Both the position numbers and the translations under genes were made by a program. DNA of 64,000 nt from an uncultured Candidatus Rokubacteria bacterium (GTDB taxonomy: Bacteria > Methylomirabilota > Methylomirabilia > Rokubacteriales > CSP1-6), in NCBI GenBank assembly GCA_963758635.1, contig CAVWWD010000003.1, positions 256,001-320,000 of the forward strand, in the 5' to 3' direction. Below are positions 23,923 to 33,784 of the stretch, piece by piece (position 1 is the first letter of the stretch; each line of letters begins with the position of its first letter). The notes under the pieces are model-generated. The model did not search any database. It worked only from the letters and a program-made list of their open reading frames with translations, and was not told the DNA's origin.

Positions 23923-25093
23923 TCACGCGTACATCAGGTACGGGCGCCGGGCCGCGGCGAAGCGCGACAGCGCCGGCCCCCACGAGCGCTCCATCCGCGC
24001 GATGGGCACGCCGCGCTCGATGGCACGCCGGATGCGGTCGTTGCCGCAGAGCACGTCGATGGGCCACCGGCGCCACTGGAACTCGTACGGCGGCCGGCGC
24101 CAGCGGAAGCGCGGGCCGCCCTGGCGCCGCGCCTCGGCGATCAGGTGGAGGTACGTGGCGAAGGAGCGGAACCGCGCGGGGTCGGTGACGTGCACCTGGA
24201 CGCCGCCGCAGCGGCGGCCCTTCCACTTGTGGAAGGCGGGCTCGAAGCCGGCGGCGCGGAAGCGCACGCCGGGCAGCCCGCGCCGGCCGAGCGCGGCGGC
24301 GAGGCGCTCGCCGTCCAGGTAGGGCGCGCCGACGAGCTCGAACGGCCGCGTGGTGCCGCGGCCCTCGGAGAGGTTCGTGCCCTCGAGCAGGCAGCCTCCC
24401 GGATACACGAGCGCGGTGTCGGGCGTCGGCATGTTGGGCGACGGCGGCACCCACGGGAGCCCCGTGTCCGGCCAGAACATGCGCCGGCGCCAGCCGAGCA
24501 TCGGCACCACGGTGAGGTCGCAGCCGAAGCCCTGCGTCTCGTTGTGGTAGGCGGCGAGCTCGCCGATGGTCATGCCGTGACGGATGGGCAGGGGATGCAG
24601 GCCCACGAAGGACGGCTCGTGCGGATCGGGCCAGTTGCCCTCGAGGCGCTCGCCCCCGAGCGGGTTGGGCCGGTCGAGCACGACCACGGGCACGCCCGCG
24701 CGCGCGGCCACCTGCATGGTGAGCGTCATCGTCCACGCGAACGTGTAGTAGCGCGCGCCCACGTCCTGGAGGTCCACCACGACCGCGTCCAGGCCCTCGA
24801 GCCACTCGGGCGCAGGCGCCAGGCGCGTGCCGTAGAGGCTCCGGATCACGAGCCGCGTCCGCCGGTCGCGCTCGGCGGGGATATGGGCGTGGTCCTGGGC
24901 TGCGCCGCTCCAGCCGTGCTCGGGGGCGAAGAGGGCGCGGAGCTCCACGCCCGGCAGGCCCTGGACGACGCGGCGCGCGTGGATCAGGTCGTGCGTGACG
25001 GACGCGGGATGGCAGAGGAGGCCGACGCGCCGCCCGGCGAGCAGGCGCGGGCGCGCGCGCAGGACGTCCAGGCCGGAGCGGACGGTCGATCAC
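23923..25093 (-). CDS. namZ: DUF1343 exo-beta-N-acetylmuramidase NamZ (start region frameshifted)
   Basis: LFAPEHG, DLQDVGARYYTF, LDRPNP, PPSPNMP and SEGRGTTRPFE motifs. Confidence 0.88.
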
Positions 25094-25169
25094 GGCTTCG
25101 AGCATCAGCTCGCGCTCTATCGTACCCTCGTCAGGCGCGGAGGGACGGGCGGACTATCCTCCGAGCACC

Positions 25170-26066
25170 ATGAGCGTGCGCTACGACCGGTTGCCCACCG
25201 AGCGCGCGGACGCGCGGACGCGCCGGCTCGACCGGATGTCGCCCGCGGCGGTCGCCCGTGTCATGAACCAGGCCGACCGGCGCGCGGTCGCCGCGGTGGG
25301 CCGCGCGCGGCCGGCCATCGCGCGGGCCGTGGACGCGATCGTGGGCGCGCTCCGGAGCGGCGGGCGCCTGCACTTCGTCGGCGCGGGGACGAGTGGCCGG
25401 CTGGGCGTGATCGAGGCCGCGGAGTGCCCGCCCACGTTCGGCACGTCCCCCGCGCTCGTCCGCGCGGTGATGGCCGGCGGCCGCGCGGCGGTGTTCCGCG
25501 CGCGCGAGGGCGTGGAGGACGACGCGCGGGCGGCGGCGCGAGAGGTCCGGCGCCGCGCGCGCGCGGGCGACGCCGTCGTGGGTGTCGCGGCGAGCGGCGT
25601 CACGCCGTTCGTGCGCGAGGCCCTTCGCGTGGCGCGCCGCCAGGGCGCCCGCACCGTGCTCGTCACGTGCAACCCCGGTGTCTCCGCGCGCGTCGCCGAC
25701 GTGGTGATCGCGCTCGACGTGGGCCCGGAGGTGCTCGCCGGGTCCACCCGCCTCAAGGCGGGCACGGCGACGAAGCTCGTGCTCAACACGCTCACCACCG
25801 CGACGTTCGTCGCGCTGGGCCGCGTCCACGGCAACCGGATGGTCGACGTGACGCCCGGCTCCGCCAAGCTCCGGGCGCGCGCCCGGCGGCTGGTCCGCGA
25901 GATCGGCGGCGTGAGCGATCGCCGGGCCGCGGACCTCCTGTCGCGAGCCCGCGGGCGCGTGAAGGTCGCGATCGTCATGGCGCGCTGCGCCGTCTCCGAC
26001 GCCAGGGCGCGCGCGCTGCTCTTCGCCGCGGGCGGACGGCTCCACCGGGTGCTCCCGGAACGCTGA
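25170..26066 (+). CDS. murQ: N-acetylmuramic acid 6-phosphate etherase
   Basis: GAGTSGRLG, ECPPTF, GPEVLAGSTRLKAGTATKLVLN and NRMVD motifs. Confidence 0.95.
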   Translation: MSVRYDRLPTERADARTRRLDRMSPAAVARVMNQADRRAVAAVGRARPAIARAVDAIVGALRSGGRLHFVGAGTSGRLGVIEAAECPPTFGTSPALVRAVMAGGRAAVFRAREGVEDDARAAAREVRRRARAGDAVVGVAASGVTPFVREALRVARRQGARTVLVTCNPGVSARVADVVIALDVGPEVLAGSTRLKAGTATKLVLNTLTTATFVALGRVHGNRMVDVTPGSAKLRARARRLVREIGGVSDRRAADLLSRARGRVKVAIVMARCAVSDARARALLFAAGGRLHRVLPER

Positions 26067-26147
26067 CGTCCCGGCCGCACCGTGCGAGGTGCCGCGCGCG
26101 CGTCGGTCAGGTTGCGCGGCGCAAGTCCTTCTGCCACCATCGCTCGC

Positions 26148-26633
26148 ATGAGATCGACGCTGGCGCGGACGGACGCCCCGGGGAGCGCGGGGAGCCGCCC
26201 GGTCTCGCCGCGGGCCCGCACAACGGCCCTCGTCTCGTGCGCGATGCTCGTCGTCCTCGCCGGCGGCGCCGTCGCGCCGTCCCAGGGCGAGGACGCGGCC
26301 ATCCGCGCCGCCACGGACCTGGTGATGCGGCAGCTCGAGGCCTTCCGCCGCGACGACTTCGAGGCGGCGTACGCCCTCGCCTCGCGCGAGGTCCGGAAGA
26401 TCTTCGATCGCGCGGCGTTCGAGCGCATGGTGCGCAGCGGATACCCGGAGATCGCGCAGTCCGCCGCCGCGGACGTCGAGGCGAGCCGCCAGACCGGCGA
26501 CGGGCAAGTGTACCTCCGGCTCCGGATCCGCGGCGCCAACGGCCGGAGCGTCGAGGCGGTGTACGAGATGGTCCGCGAAGGGCGCGACTGGAAGGTCAAC
26601 GGCGTGATCGCCCGGGTCGCCCCCACGACGTGA
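26148..26633 (+). CDS. DUF4864-like protein
   Basis: QLEAFRRDDFEAAYALAS...FERMVRSGYP...WKVNGV; signal/TM segment. Confidence 0.75.
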   Translation: MRSTLARTDAPGSAGSRPVSPRARTTALVSCAMLVVLAGGAVAPSQGEDAAIRAATDLVMRQLEAFRRDDFEAAYALASREVRKIFDRAAFERMVRSGYPEIAQSAAADVEASRQTGDGQVYLRLRIRGANGRSVEAVYEMVREGRDWKVNGVIARVAPTT

Positions 26634-26660
26634 ACGGTCGCGCGGCTCGCCTTGCGGGGC

Positions 26661-26715
26661 GGTTGCTTCCACTGCATTTCCGTATACGCTCGGCTCGCCT
26701 TCGGCTCACCTCGCA
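26661..26715 (-). repeat. Intergenic repeat family A copy
   Basis: GGTTGCTTCCACTGCATTTCCGTATACGCTCGGCTCGCCTTCGGCTCACCTCGCA, ending 5 nt before ATG 26721. Confidence 0.85.
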
Positions 26716-26720
26716 CAGCT

Positions 26721-27915
26721 ATGGACTTTGACTTCACCCCCGAGCAGCAGACCTTCCGTCGCGAGGTGCGCGAGTGGCTCGCACGGAACGTCCCCGACGA
26801 CCTCCGCGGCCGCGGCTTCGCCGCCTCGCGTGGCGAGCGCCACCAGGTGGAGCGGCTGCGCGAGTGGCAGCGCACGCTCTACAAGGCCGGCTACGTCGGC
26901 ATGGACTGGCCGGCGGAGTACGGCGGGCGCGGCGCGTCGCTGGTGGAGCAGATCGTGTTCTACGAGGAGATGTCCCGGGCGCAGGCGCCCCAGCCGCTCA
27001 ACCGCAGCGGGCTCAGCATGCTCGGGCCCACGCTTGATGAAGCACGGCACGCCCGCGCAGCGGGCGCGCCACCTCGACCGGATCCTCACCGCCGAGGAGA
27101 TCTGGTGCCAGGGCTTCTCGGAGCCCAACGCGGGCAGCGACCTCGCCAACCTCCAGACCCGCGCGGTGCTCGACGGCGACGCGTACGTGATCAACGGCCA
27201 GAAGGTGTGGACGAGCATGGGCCACGTGGCGGACTGGGGCTTCTTCCTCGTGCGCACCGATCCCGCGGCGGCCAAGCACAAGGGCATCACCTTCATCCTC
27301 ATCGACATGAAGACGCCGGGGATCACCATCCGTCCGCTGCGCCAGATCACCGGCGAGGCGGAGTTCAACGAGACCTTCCTCGACAACGTGCGCGTGCCCG
27401 CCGCCAACGTGGTGGGCAAGGTGAACGAGGGCTGGGGCGTGGCGCTCACGACGCTCGCCTACGAGCGCGACGTGTTGACGTTCATCCGCCACATCAGCCT
27501 GCGCACCGCGCTCCACCGCCTGATGGAGCTCGCGCGCCGCACCGACCGCGCCGGTCGCCCCGCCGCGCTCGACCCGGTGATCCGCCAGCGCGTGGCCGAC
27601 ATCGTGATCGGCGAGCGGCTTCTCCAGCTCGCCGGCTATCGGAGCCTCACACGCATCCTGCAGGGCGGCACGCCCGGCCCCGAGGGCTCCACCGCGAAGC
27701 TCTTCTGGAGCCTGCTCGACCAGGACCTCGCCGAGGTGGCCACGCAGGTGATCGGCCCGTACTCGCAGATCAAGGCCGGCCACCCGCTGGCCCCCGACGA
27801 GGGGCAGTGGGCGTTCTACGCGCTGCTCGCGCGCGGCAGCGGCATCCGCGCCGGCACCTCGGAAATCCTCAGGAACATCCTCGGCGAGCGGGTCCTCGGC
27901 CTGCCGAAGGACTGA
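26721..27915 (+). CDS. Acyl-CoA dehydrogenase (frameshift near 27032)
   Basis: WCQGFSEPNAGSDLA, NGQKVWTS and AGTSEILRN motifs. Confidence 0.92.
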
Positions 27916-27929
27916 CACCGCGGGCGCGC

Positions 27930-28475
27930 GTGTCGGACGGCTCGGAGCGCGGCGTGGCGCCGGTGGTGATCCGTCCCCTCGGGCCCGGTGATGCCGCGCA
28001 GTTCCGCGAGGTGCGCGTGCGTTCCCTGCGCGAGCACCCGGACGCCTTCGGTCGGAGCCCGGACGAGGTGGACGACGTCGCGGTGACGGCCGAGCACTTC
28101 CGGCGGGACGCCGGCGGGGAGTGGGACGTCATGCTCGGCGCCTTCGCCGGGGACAGCCTCGTGGGCATCGCCGGCTGCCACCGGGAGCGCGCGATCAAGC
28201 AGCGTCACGTGGCGTACGTGTGGGGCGTGTACGTGGCTCCCGAGCGCCGCGGCACGGGCGTGGGACGGCGGCTCGTCGAGGCCGCCATCGAGCGGGCGCG
28301 GACGTGGTCGGGGCTCGAGGCGCTCTGGCTCGACGTGACGACCACGAACCGCGGCGCCCGCGCGCTGTACGCCTCGTGTGGCTTCGTGACCGCGGCCACC
28401 AAGCCACGGGTCCTCAAGGTGGGCGACCGCTACTACGACGAGGAACTGATGATCCTCGACCTCCGCGCCGAGTAG
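27930..28475 (+). CDS. GNAT family N-acetyltransferase
   Basis: VYVAPERRGTGVG acetyl-CoA-binding motif and ARALYASCGF. Confidence 0.88.
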   Translation: MSDGSERGVAPVVIRPLGPGDAAQFREVRVRSLREHPDAFGRSPDEVDDVAVTAEHFRRDAGGEWDVMLGAFAGDSLVGIAGCHRERAIKQRHVAYVWGVYVAPERRGTGVGRRLVEAAIERARTWSGLEALWLDVTTTNRGARALYASCGFVTAATKPRVLKVGDRYYDEELMILDLRAE

Positions 28476-28522
28476 ACGTGCCGATACACCAGCCGCGTGA
28501 GCGCGGCATTCCCTCGTGGTAA

Positions 28523-28546
28523 CATGGTCACCAGTTCGTGACCATG
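28523..28546. promoter_or_regulatory. Palindromic operator upstream of the TA antitoxin
   Basis: Perfect 9-bp inverted repeat CATGGTCAC-N6-GTGACCATG just before the RBS. Confidence 0.65.
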
Positions 28547-28563
28547 GGAGGACGGAGGAGACC

Positions 28564-28797
28564 ATGAAGCAGATGCCGGCCGGCGAGTTCAAGGCGCGCT
28601 GCCTCCGGGTGATGGAAGACGTCCGGAAGTACCGGAGCGCCGTGGTCATCACCAAGAAAGGGAGGCCGGTGGCCAAGCTGGTGCCCGCCGACGATCCCGG
28701 CCCCGACGTCTTCGGCTGTATGGCCGGCACCGCGGAGATCGTGGGTGACGTCGAGGCCCCGGTCCTCCCCCTCCGCGCCTGGAAGACCGCCCGGTGA
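28564..28797 (+). CDS. Phd/YefM family antitoxin
   Basis: AGEFKARCL...VVITKKGRPVAKLVP; GGAGGAG RBS. Confidence 0.9.
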   Translation: MKQMPAGEFKARCLRVMEDVRKYRSAVVITKKGRPVAKLVPADDPGPDVFGCMAGTAEIVGDVEAPVLPLRAWKTAR

Positions 28798-28846
28798 TCC
28801 TCCTCGTGGCCCCGGTCGTTTCCCCCCGCGCGCGAGAGACCAGGCG

Positions 28847-29242
28847 GTGATCCTCCTCGACACGCACGCCTGGCTGTGGCTCTGCGTGGAGCCTCGCCGG
28901 CTGTCGACCGCGGCAGCGGCGGCGATCCGCGGGGGCCTCCGGACGGGCGGCATCAGCATCGCCGCAATCAGCTTGTGGGAGTTGGCGATGATGATCGCCC
29001 TCGGCCGTGTGGTTCCGCGCGGGACGCCCGAGGCGTGGCTTGCGGACCTCGTCGACCGTGCGGGTGTGCACGTGTGGCCGATCACGCCCGTGGTGGCGGC
29101 GCTCGCCACGCGCTTCCCCGACGACTTCCCCGCAGATCCGGCGGACCGGCTGATCGCGGCAACCGCTCAGGCGGACGGACTCACGCTGGTGACGCGCGAC
29201 GCGCGGCTCCGGCGGAGCCCGTTCGTCAAGACCGCGTGGTGA
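28847..29242 (+). CDS. vapC: VapC (PIN domain) toxin
   Basis: ILLDTHAWLW, SLWE, DPADRLIAATA and LVTRD motifs. Confidence 0.9.
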   Translation: MILLDTHAWLWLCVEPRRLSTAAAAAIRGGLRTGGISIAAISLWELAMMIALGRVVPRGTPEAWLADLVDRAGVHVWPITPVVAALATRFPDDFPADPADRLIAATAQADGLTLVTRDARLRRSPFVKTAW

Positions 29243-29891
29243 CGGCGCCAGCCTCCGTGGTCGTCGTGCGCGCGATCACGCCGAGCGCGATCTCCACCGC
29301 TCGGAGCATGAGCCGGAGGTCCATGCTCGGCTCGTCGAGGCCGTGCGCGGCGACCATGGCGGGGAGGAAGGGCAGGTGCATGAAGCCGGCGGGGATCGCG
29401 CGCGCGCTCGCCGCCAGCGCGTGAAGTGTGGTGTACAGCGTGAAGTTGCAGAGGTACGTGCCCGCCGTGTAGGAGAGATACGCGGGCACTCCCTCGGCGG
29501 CGAGCGCGGCGAGGATGGGCTGGATGGGCAGCGTGGCGAGGTGGGCGGGGAGCCCGCCGGGAAGGCACGCCTCGCCCCTGACCACGCGTCCGCCCCCGTC
29601 GGGGATCGGGTAGTCCATCACATTCACGCCCACCTGCTCGACGGCGATCCGCGCGCGGCCGCCGGCCAGGCCCAGGTGCAGGACCGCGGCGAGCCCGGGA
29701 GCGGCGAGGGCGGGGCGAAGCGCTTCCCGGGCGCGGTCGTGCTCGACGGGGAGGACGAGGGCGCGCACGACGAGGCCGCCCGCGGTGCGCCCGTCGAGCG
29801 TCTTGGCGATCTCCTGGGACGGGTTGAGGGTGTCGCCGCCGAACGGCTCGAACCCGGTCAGGAGAACGTGGCGCGCGGTGCGTGCGTTCAC
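29226..29891 (-). CDS. pcp: Pyroglutamyl-peptidase I
   Basis: LLTGFEPFGG..NPS, AGTYLCN and GFMHLP motifs. Confidence 0.92.
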   Translation of the reverse strand: MNARTARHVLLTGFEPFGGDTLNPSQEIAKTLDGRTAGGLVVRALVLPVEHDRAREALRPALAAPGLAAVLHLGLAGGRARIAVEQVGVNVMDYPIPDGGGRVVRGEACLPGGLPAHLATLPIQPILAALAAEGVPAYLSYTAGTYLCNFTLYTTLHALAASARAIPAGFMHLPFLPAMVAAHGLDEPSMDLRLMLRAVEIALGVIARTTTTEAGAVTTRS

Positions 29892-30412
29892 GCCGGCGCC
29901 ACGCCCGCGCGGTGACGCTGCGCGAGGGCCTGGTAGCCGGCGGGGTTCATCTTCACCCAGCGCTCGGCCGCCGTCCCCTCGAGCGGGCCGCGCACCTTGC
30001 ACGGCGCGCCGAGGGCGAGCATGCCGTCGGGGATCTCGGTGCCCGGCGTCACCAGCGATCCCGCGCCCACCATGGCCCGGACGCCGATCCTCGCGCCGTC
30101 GAGAAGGGTGGTGCTGTTGCCGACCAGCGCCTCCTCGCCCACGTTGGCGGCGTGCACGAGGCAGAGGTGTCCCACGGTGGCGCCGGGGCCGATGTCCACG
30201 CCGCCCGCCGGCGTGACGTGGATGACCGCGTTGTCCTGCACGTTCGCGCCGCGTCGCACCACGATGGGATTGAAGTCGGCGCGGAGCACGGCGCCGTACC
30301 AGACCGACGCGTTCTCCTCGACCGTGACGTCGCCGATGAGGCAGGCGGTGGGCGCGACGAACGCGGTCGGATGGACGCGGGGCGACTTGCCCTCGAACGA
30401 GTAGAGCGGCAT
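29888..30412 (-). CDS. Gamma carbonic anhydrase family protein
   Basis: LIGDV, VLRAD, NVQDNAVIH and VGH hexapeptide motifs. Confidence 0.9.
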   Translation of the reverse strand: MPLYSFEGKSPRVHPTAFVAPTACLIGDVTVEENASVWYGAVLRADFNPIVVRRGANVQDNAVIHVTPAGGVDIGPGATVGHLCLVHAANVGEEALVGNSTTLLDGARIGVRAMVGAGSLVTPGTEIPDGMLALGAPCKVRGPLEGTAAERWVKMNPAGYQALAQRHRAGVAPA

Positions 30413-30590
30413 GAGGTCTCCTTGGAGCGCGCCCACGACCTTCCGGCTCGCGGGACGATCGCGCGGTGTGTTGAGCGATGACGATGCCACACGGTCCGCG
30501 TGTGGACAAGCTCCGGACCCGGGCGTAGCCTGAGCCACATGGACTATGCGAGGTGCACCGAAGGCGGACGTTCCGAGCGCGACTATGGTG

Positions 30591-31658
30591 ATGCCGTGGA
30601 AAGCGGCGGCACGCGTGGCTCGCATCGCACATGATCGCGCCACTCGCATCGTCTCCGTGGCCACCGCGACGCCGCGCTGGCAGTACGACCAGGACACGCT
30701 CCTGCGCATGGCCGGCTACGCCGATCATCAGCGCGCGGGCTTCTTCACCAACAGCCAGATCGAGCGCCGCTGCCTCTACTTCGATCCCGACACGTTCACC
30801 CCCGACGAGAGCGTGGACGATCTCCAGGAGCGTTTCCGCCGGGGCGCCATCGAGCTGGGCGCCGAGGCGGTGCGCCGCGCCGTGGCGCGCGCGGGCTGGC
30901 GGCTCGACGAGGTCGACTTCCTCGCCACCACGACGTGCACGGGCCGACTGTGCCCGAGCCTCGACGCGCAGATCATCGCCGAGCTCGGCCTGGCCCCGCG
31001 GATCCAGCGCGTGCACGTGGGCGACACCGGCTGCGCCAGCGCCATGGTCGCGCTCCAGCAGGCGTCGAACCACGTCAGCGCCTTTCCCGGTCACCGCGCG
31101 GTGGTCGTCGCCGTGGAGCTCTGCTCCGCCGCCTACTACCTGGACGACCGGCTCGAGAGCGCGGTGGCCCACGCGATCTTCGCCGACGGCGCGGGCGCCA
31201 TCGCGCTGGCCGGCGCCGGCGACGGGCCCGCCATCGTCGAGCACCGCACGCTGTTCCGCTCCGAGCACCTGCCCGCCATGGGATTCGAGTATCCCGGCGG
31301 ACGGCCGCGCGTGGTCCTCTCCAAGGAGGTGCGCCGCATCGGCGGGGACATGATGAAGGAGATGGCGGACACGCTGATGGCGACGCACGGGCTCAAGAAG
31401 GACGACGTGCGGCACTTCGTGCTGCACTCCGCGGGGCGGCGAGTGATCGAGCAGGCCCGCCGGCTCATGGAGCTCGCCGATGACGACGTCGCGGCCTCCC
31501 GCCTCGTGCTGCGCGAGTTCGGCAACATGTCCTCCGCCACCATCGTGTTCGTCCTCGACGAGGTGCTGCGGAGCGGCCGGACCGCGCCGGGCGACTGGGG
31601 GCTCATGATCGCGCTCGGCCCCGGCTTCGCCGCCGAGGGCGCCCTCCTCCGTTTCTAG
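30591..31658 (+). CDS. Type III polyketide synthase
   Basis: Cys-His-Asn triad GCAS / LHSAG / GNMSS, plus FADGA and LGPGF. The start may instead be ATG 30631 with an indel. Confidence 0.92.
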   Translation: MPWKAAARVARIAHDRATRIVSVATATPRWQYDQDTLLRMAGYADHQRAGFFTNSQIERRCLYFDPDTFTPDESVDDLQERFRRGAIELGAEAVRRAVARAGWRLDEVDFLATTTCTGRLCPSLDAQIIAELGLAPRIQRVHVGDTGCASAMVALQQASNHVSAFPGHRAVVVAVELCSAAYYLDDRLESAVAHAIFADGAGAIALAGAGDGPAIVEHRTLFRSEHLPAMGFEYPGGRPRVVLSKEVRRIGGDMMKEMADTLMATHGLKKDDVRHFVLHSAGRRVIEQARRLMELADDDVAASRLVLREFGNMSSATIVFVLDEVLRSGRTAPGDWGLMIALGPGFAAEGALLRF

Positions 31659-31703
31659 CGAGCCCAGACATGACGGCGGCCACGCGCGCGGCCCGCTAGC
31701 CCC

Positions 31704-32420
31704 ATGCTGTGGCCTCCGCTGCCGCGGGCCGCCGACGCGCTCGAGCTGCTCGACCGGCCCGCGCCCCACACCGACCTCCGCGAGTGCCTGGCCGACGTGG
31801 CGCGCCTGAACGGCGTCTTCGGGGGCCGGCTCGTCACCCTGGCCCACGTGCGGCGGCTGCTCCGTCGCGTCCCCGCCGGCCGCGTCGCCACCGTCGTGGA
31901 CCTCGGGACGGGCAGCGCGGACATCCCGCGGGCGCTGGTGCGCTGGGCGCGACGCGCGGGCCGGCCCATCCGCGTCTTCGCCGTGGACCGCGACGCTCCG
32001 ACCCTCGACGTGGCGGCGCGGGCGACGCGTGGCTACCCGGAGATCGTGCTCCTGCACGCCGACGCCCTCGCGCTCCCGCTGGCGCCGCGCTCGGTGGACG
32101 TGGCCATCTCCGCGCTCACGCTCCACCACCTGGAGCCGTCGGCGGCCGCCGCCGTCCTCGCCGCGATGGACCGGACGGCCCGCGTGGGCTTCGTCGTGAA
32201 CGACCTCTACCGGAGCCGCGCCGCCTACGCGCTCGTGTGGCTCGCCACGCGCGTGCTGGCGCGAAACCGCATGTCGCGCCACGACGGCCCGCTGTCCGTG
32301 CTGCGCGCCTACACCCCTCAGGAGGTGCGCGCCCTCTGCGCGCGCGCCGGGCTCGCCGGCGTGCGCATCCGCCGCTACGCGCTGCTCCTCAGGCAGTGCG
32401 CCGTGCTGGTGAAGCCGTGA
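31704..32420 (+). CDS. Class I SAM-dependent methyltransferase
   Basis: VDLGTGSAD, LHHL, NDL.R and HDGPLSV motifs. Confidence 0.88.
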   Translation: MLWPPLPRAADALELLDRPAPHTDLRECLADVARLNGVFGGRLVTLAHVRRLLRRVPAGRVATVVDLGTGSADIPRALVRWARRAGRPIRVFAVDRDAPTLDVAARATRGYPEIVLLHADALALPLAPRSVDVAISALTLHHLEPSAAAAVLAAMDRTARVGFVVNDLYRSRAAYALVWLATRVLARNRMSRHDGPLSVLRAYTPQEVRALCARAGLAGVRIRRYALLLRQCAVLVKP

Positions 32421-33643
32421 GCGGCGCCCCGAGCGCCCGCGCCGCCGACGTGGTGGTGGTCGGCGGCGGGCCGGCGGGGAGCGCCATCGCCATCCTCCTC
32501 GCCGAGCGCGGTTGGTCGGTGCGGCTCATCGACAAGGCGTCGTTCCCCCGGCCCAAGATCTGCGGCGAGTACCTCTCGCCCGAGGCCGCGCGCATCCTCG
32601 ACCGGCTCGGCGTGCTCAAGGACGTGGACGCGGCGGGCGCCCAGCCCCTCTCGGGCATGCGCATCGTGGCCCCCGACGGCACCGTGCTCGACGCCGCGTA
32701 CCCAACGTCCGGGCCGTGGCGCGGCTACCGCGACCATGCGCTCGCCGTGGAGCGCGAGCGCCTCGACGCGATCCTCCTCGATCGGGCGCGCGGCGCGTTC
32801 GTCGACGTCCGTGAGCGGCACCGCGCGGTGGATGTCGTGCAGGACGGCGACCGCGTGATCGGAGTTCGGGCCGAGGACGCCGATGGCCGGCCCTTCGAGG
32901 CGCAGGCCCGCCTCGTGGTGGGCGCCGACGGCCGCGCCTCGATGGTGGCGCGCGCCCTCGGCCTCGTCCGGCCGCATCGCCTCGCGCGGATGGCCCTGGT
33001 CCAGGACGTCGAAGGCATCGACGGCCTCGCCGGCCGCGGCGAGATCTACGTGGACCCGCCCGACTACGCGATCCTGAACCCGGTCACCCCGACCCGCGTC
33101 AACCTGAGCCTGGTCGTCCCCCTGGCCCACGCGCGCCCCTACGCGGGTCGCCTCCCCACGTTCACCGCCGCCCGCGTCGCCCAGCTCCGGCACCTGGCCC
33201 CGCGCCTGGCCGGGATGCATCCCGTCGGCCCCCTCGCCGCGATGGGCCCGCTCGCCTACCGAGTGCGTGAGCCGCGCCATGGCGGCGTGGCCCTCGTCGG
33301 CGACGCCGCCGGCTTCTACGACCCGTTCACCGGCGAGGGGATCTACACCGCCCTCCGCTCCGCCGAGCTCCTCGCCGACGTGGCCCACGACGCCCTCCGC
33401 AAGGACGACCTCACCCGCCGCGCCCTCGCCCCCTACGCCGCCGCCCGCCGCCGCGCCTTCGCCGACAAGGCCCGCCTCACCCGCGCCCTGCAGCTCGTCA
33501 TCTCCCACCGCGCCCTCGCCAACCTCACCGCCCACACCCTGGCCAGACGCCCATGGCTCCTCCCCGTCCTCATGGGCGTCATCGGCGACTTCACCCCCCC
33601 ACGCGAACTGCTCCGCGCCTCGCTGTCCGGCCCCCGAACCTGA
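32417..33643 (+). CDS. FAD-dependent oxidoreductase (GGR/monooxygenase-like)
   Basis: GGGPAG, FPRPKICGE, GADG and GDAAGFYDPFTGEGI motifs; GTGA overlap with the methyltransferase. Confidence 0.88.
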   Translation: MSGAPSARAADVVVVGGGPAGSAIAILLAERGWSVRLIDKASFPRPKICGEYLSPEAARILDRLGVLKDVDAAGAQPLSGMRIVAPDGTVLDAAYPTSGPWRGYRDHALAVERERLDAILLDRARGAFVDVRERHRAVDVVQDGDRVIGVRAEDADGRPFEAQARLVVGADGRASMVARALGLVRPHRLARMALVQDVEGIDGLAGRGEIYVDPPDYAILNPVTPTRVNLSLVVPLAHARPYAGRLPTFTAARVAQLRHLAPRLAGMHPVGPLAAMGPLAYRVREPRHGGVALVGDAAGFYDPFTGEGIYTALRSAELLADVAHDALRKDDLTRRALAPYAAARRRAFADKARLTRALQLVISHRALANLTAHTLARRPWLLPVLMGVIGDFTPPRELLRASLSGPRT

Positions 33644-33784
33644 CTCCAGGGAAGTCCGAGAAGGGCGGCGACCAGCCCGAGGGCGTCCGCGTGCGGCGAG
33701 TGGGCACGCCGAGGACGAGGCGGGCCGACAGCGTGCGGCGGACGCAGCCGCTGAGGGCGTGCTGTCAACAGCGTGCGGCGAGGG

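Noticed and set aside
26652..28475. Apparent acyl-CoA dehydrogenase-GNAT fusion ORF (607 aa)
   Set aside because: The middle is out-of-frame low-complexity translation after the shift near 27032; the two genes are separate.
33280..33640. Strongly C-rich stretch
   Set aside because: Explained by C-ending Ala/Leu/Arg codons of the flavoprotein gene; no periodicity seen.
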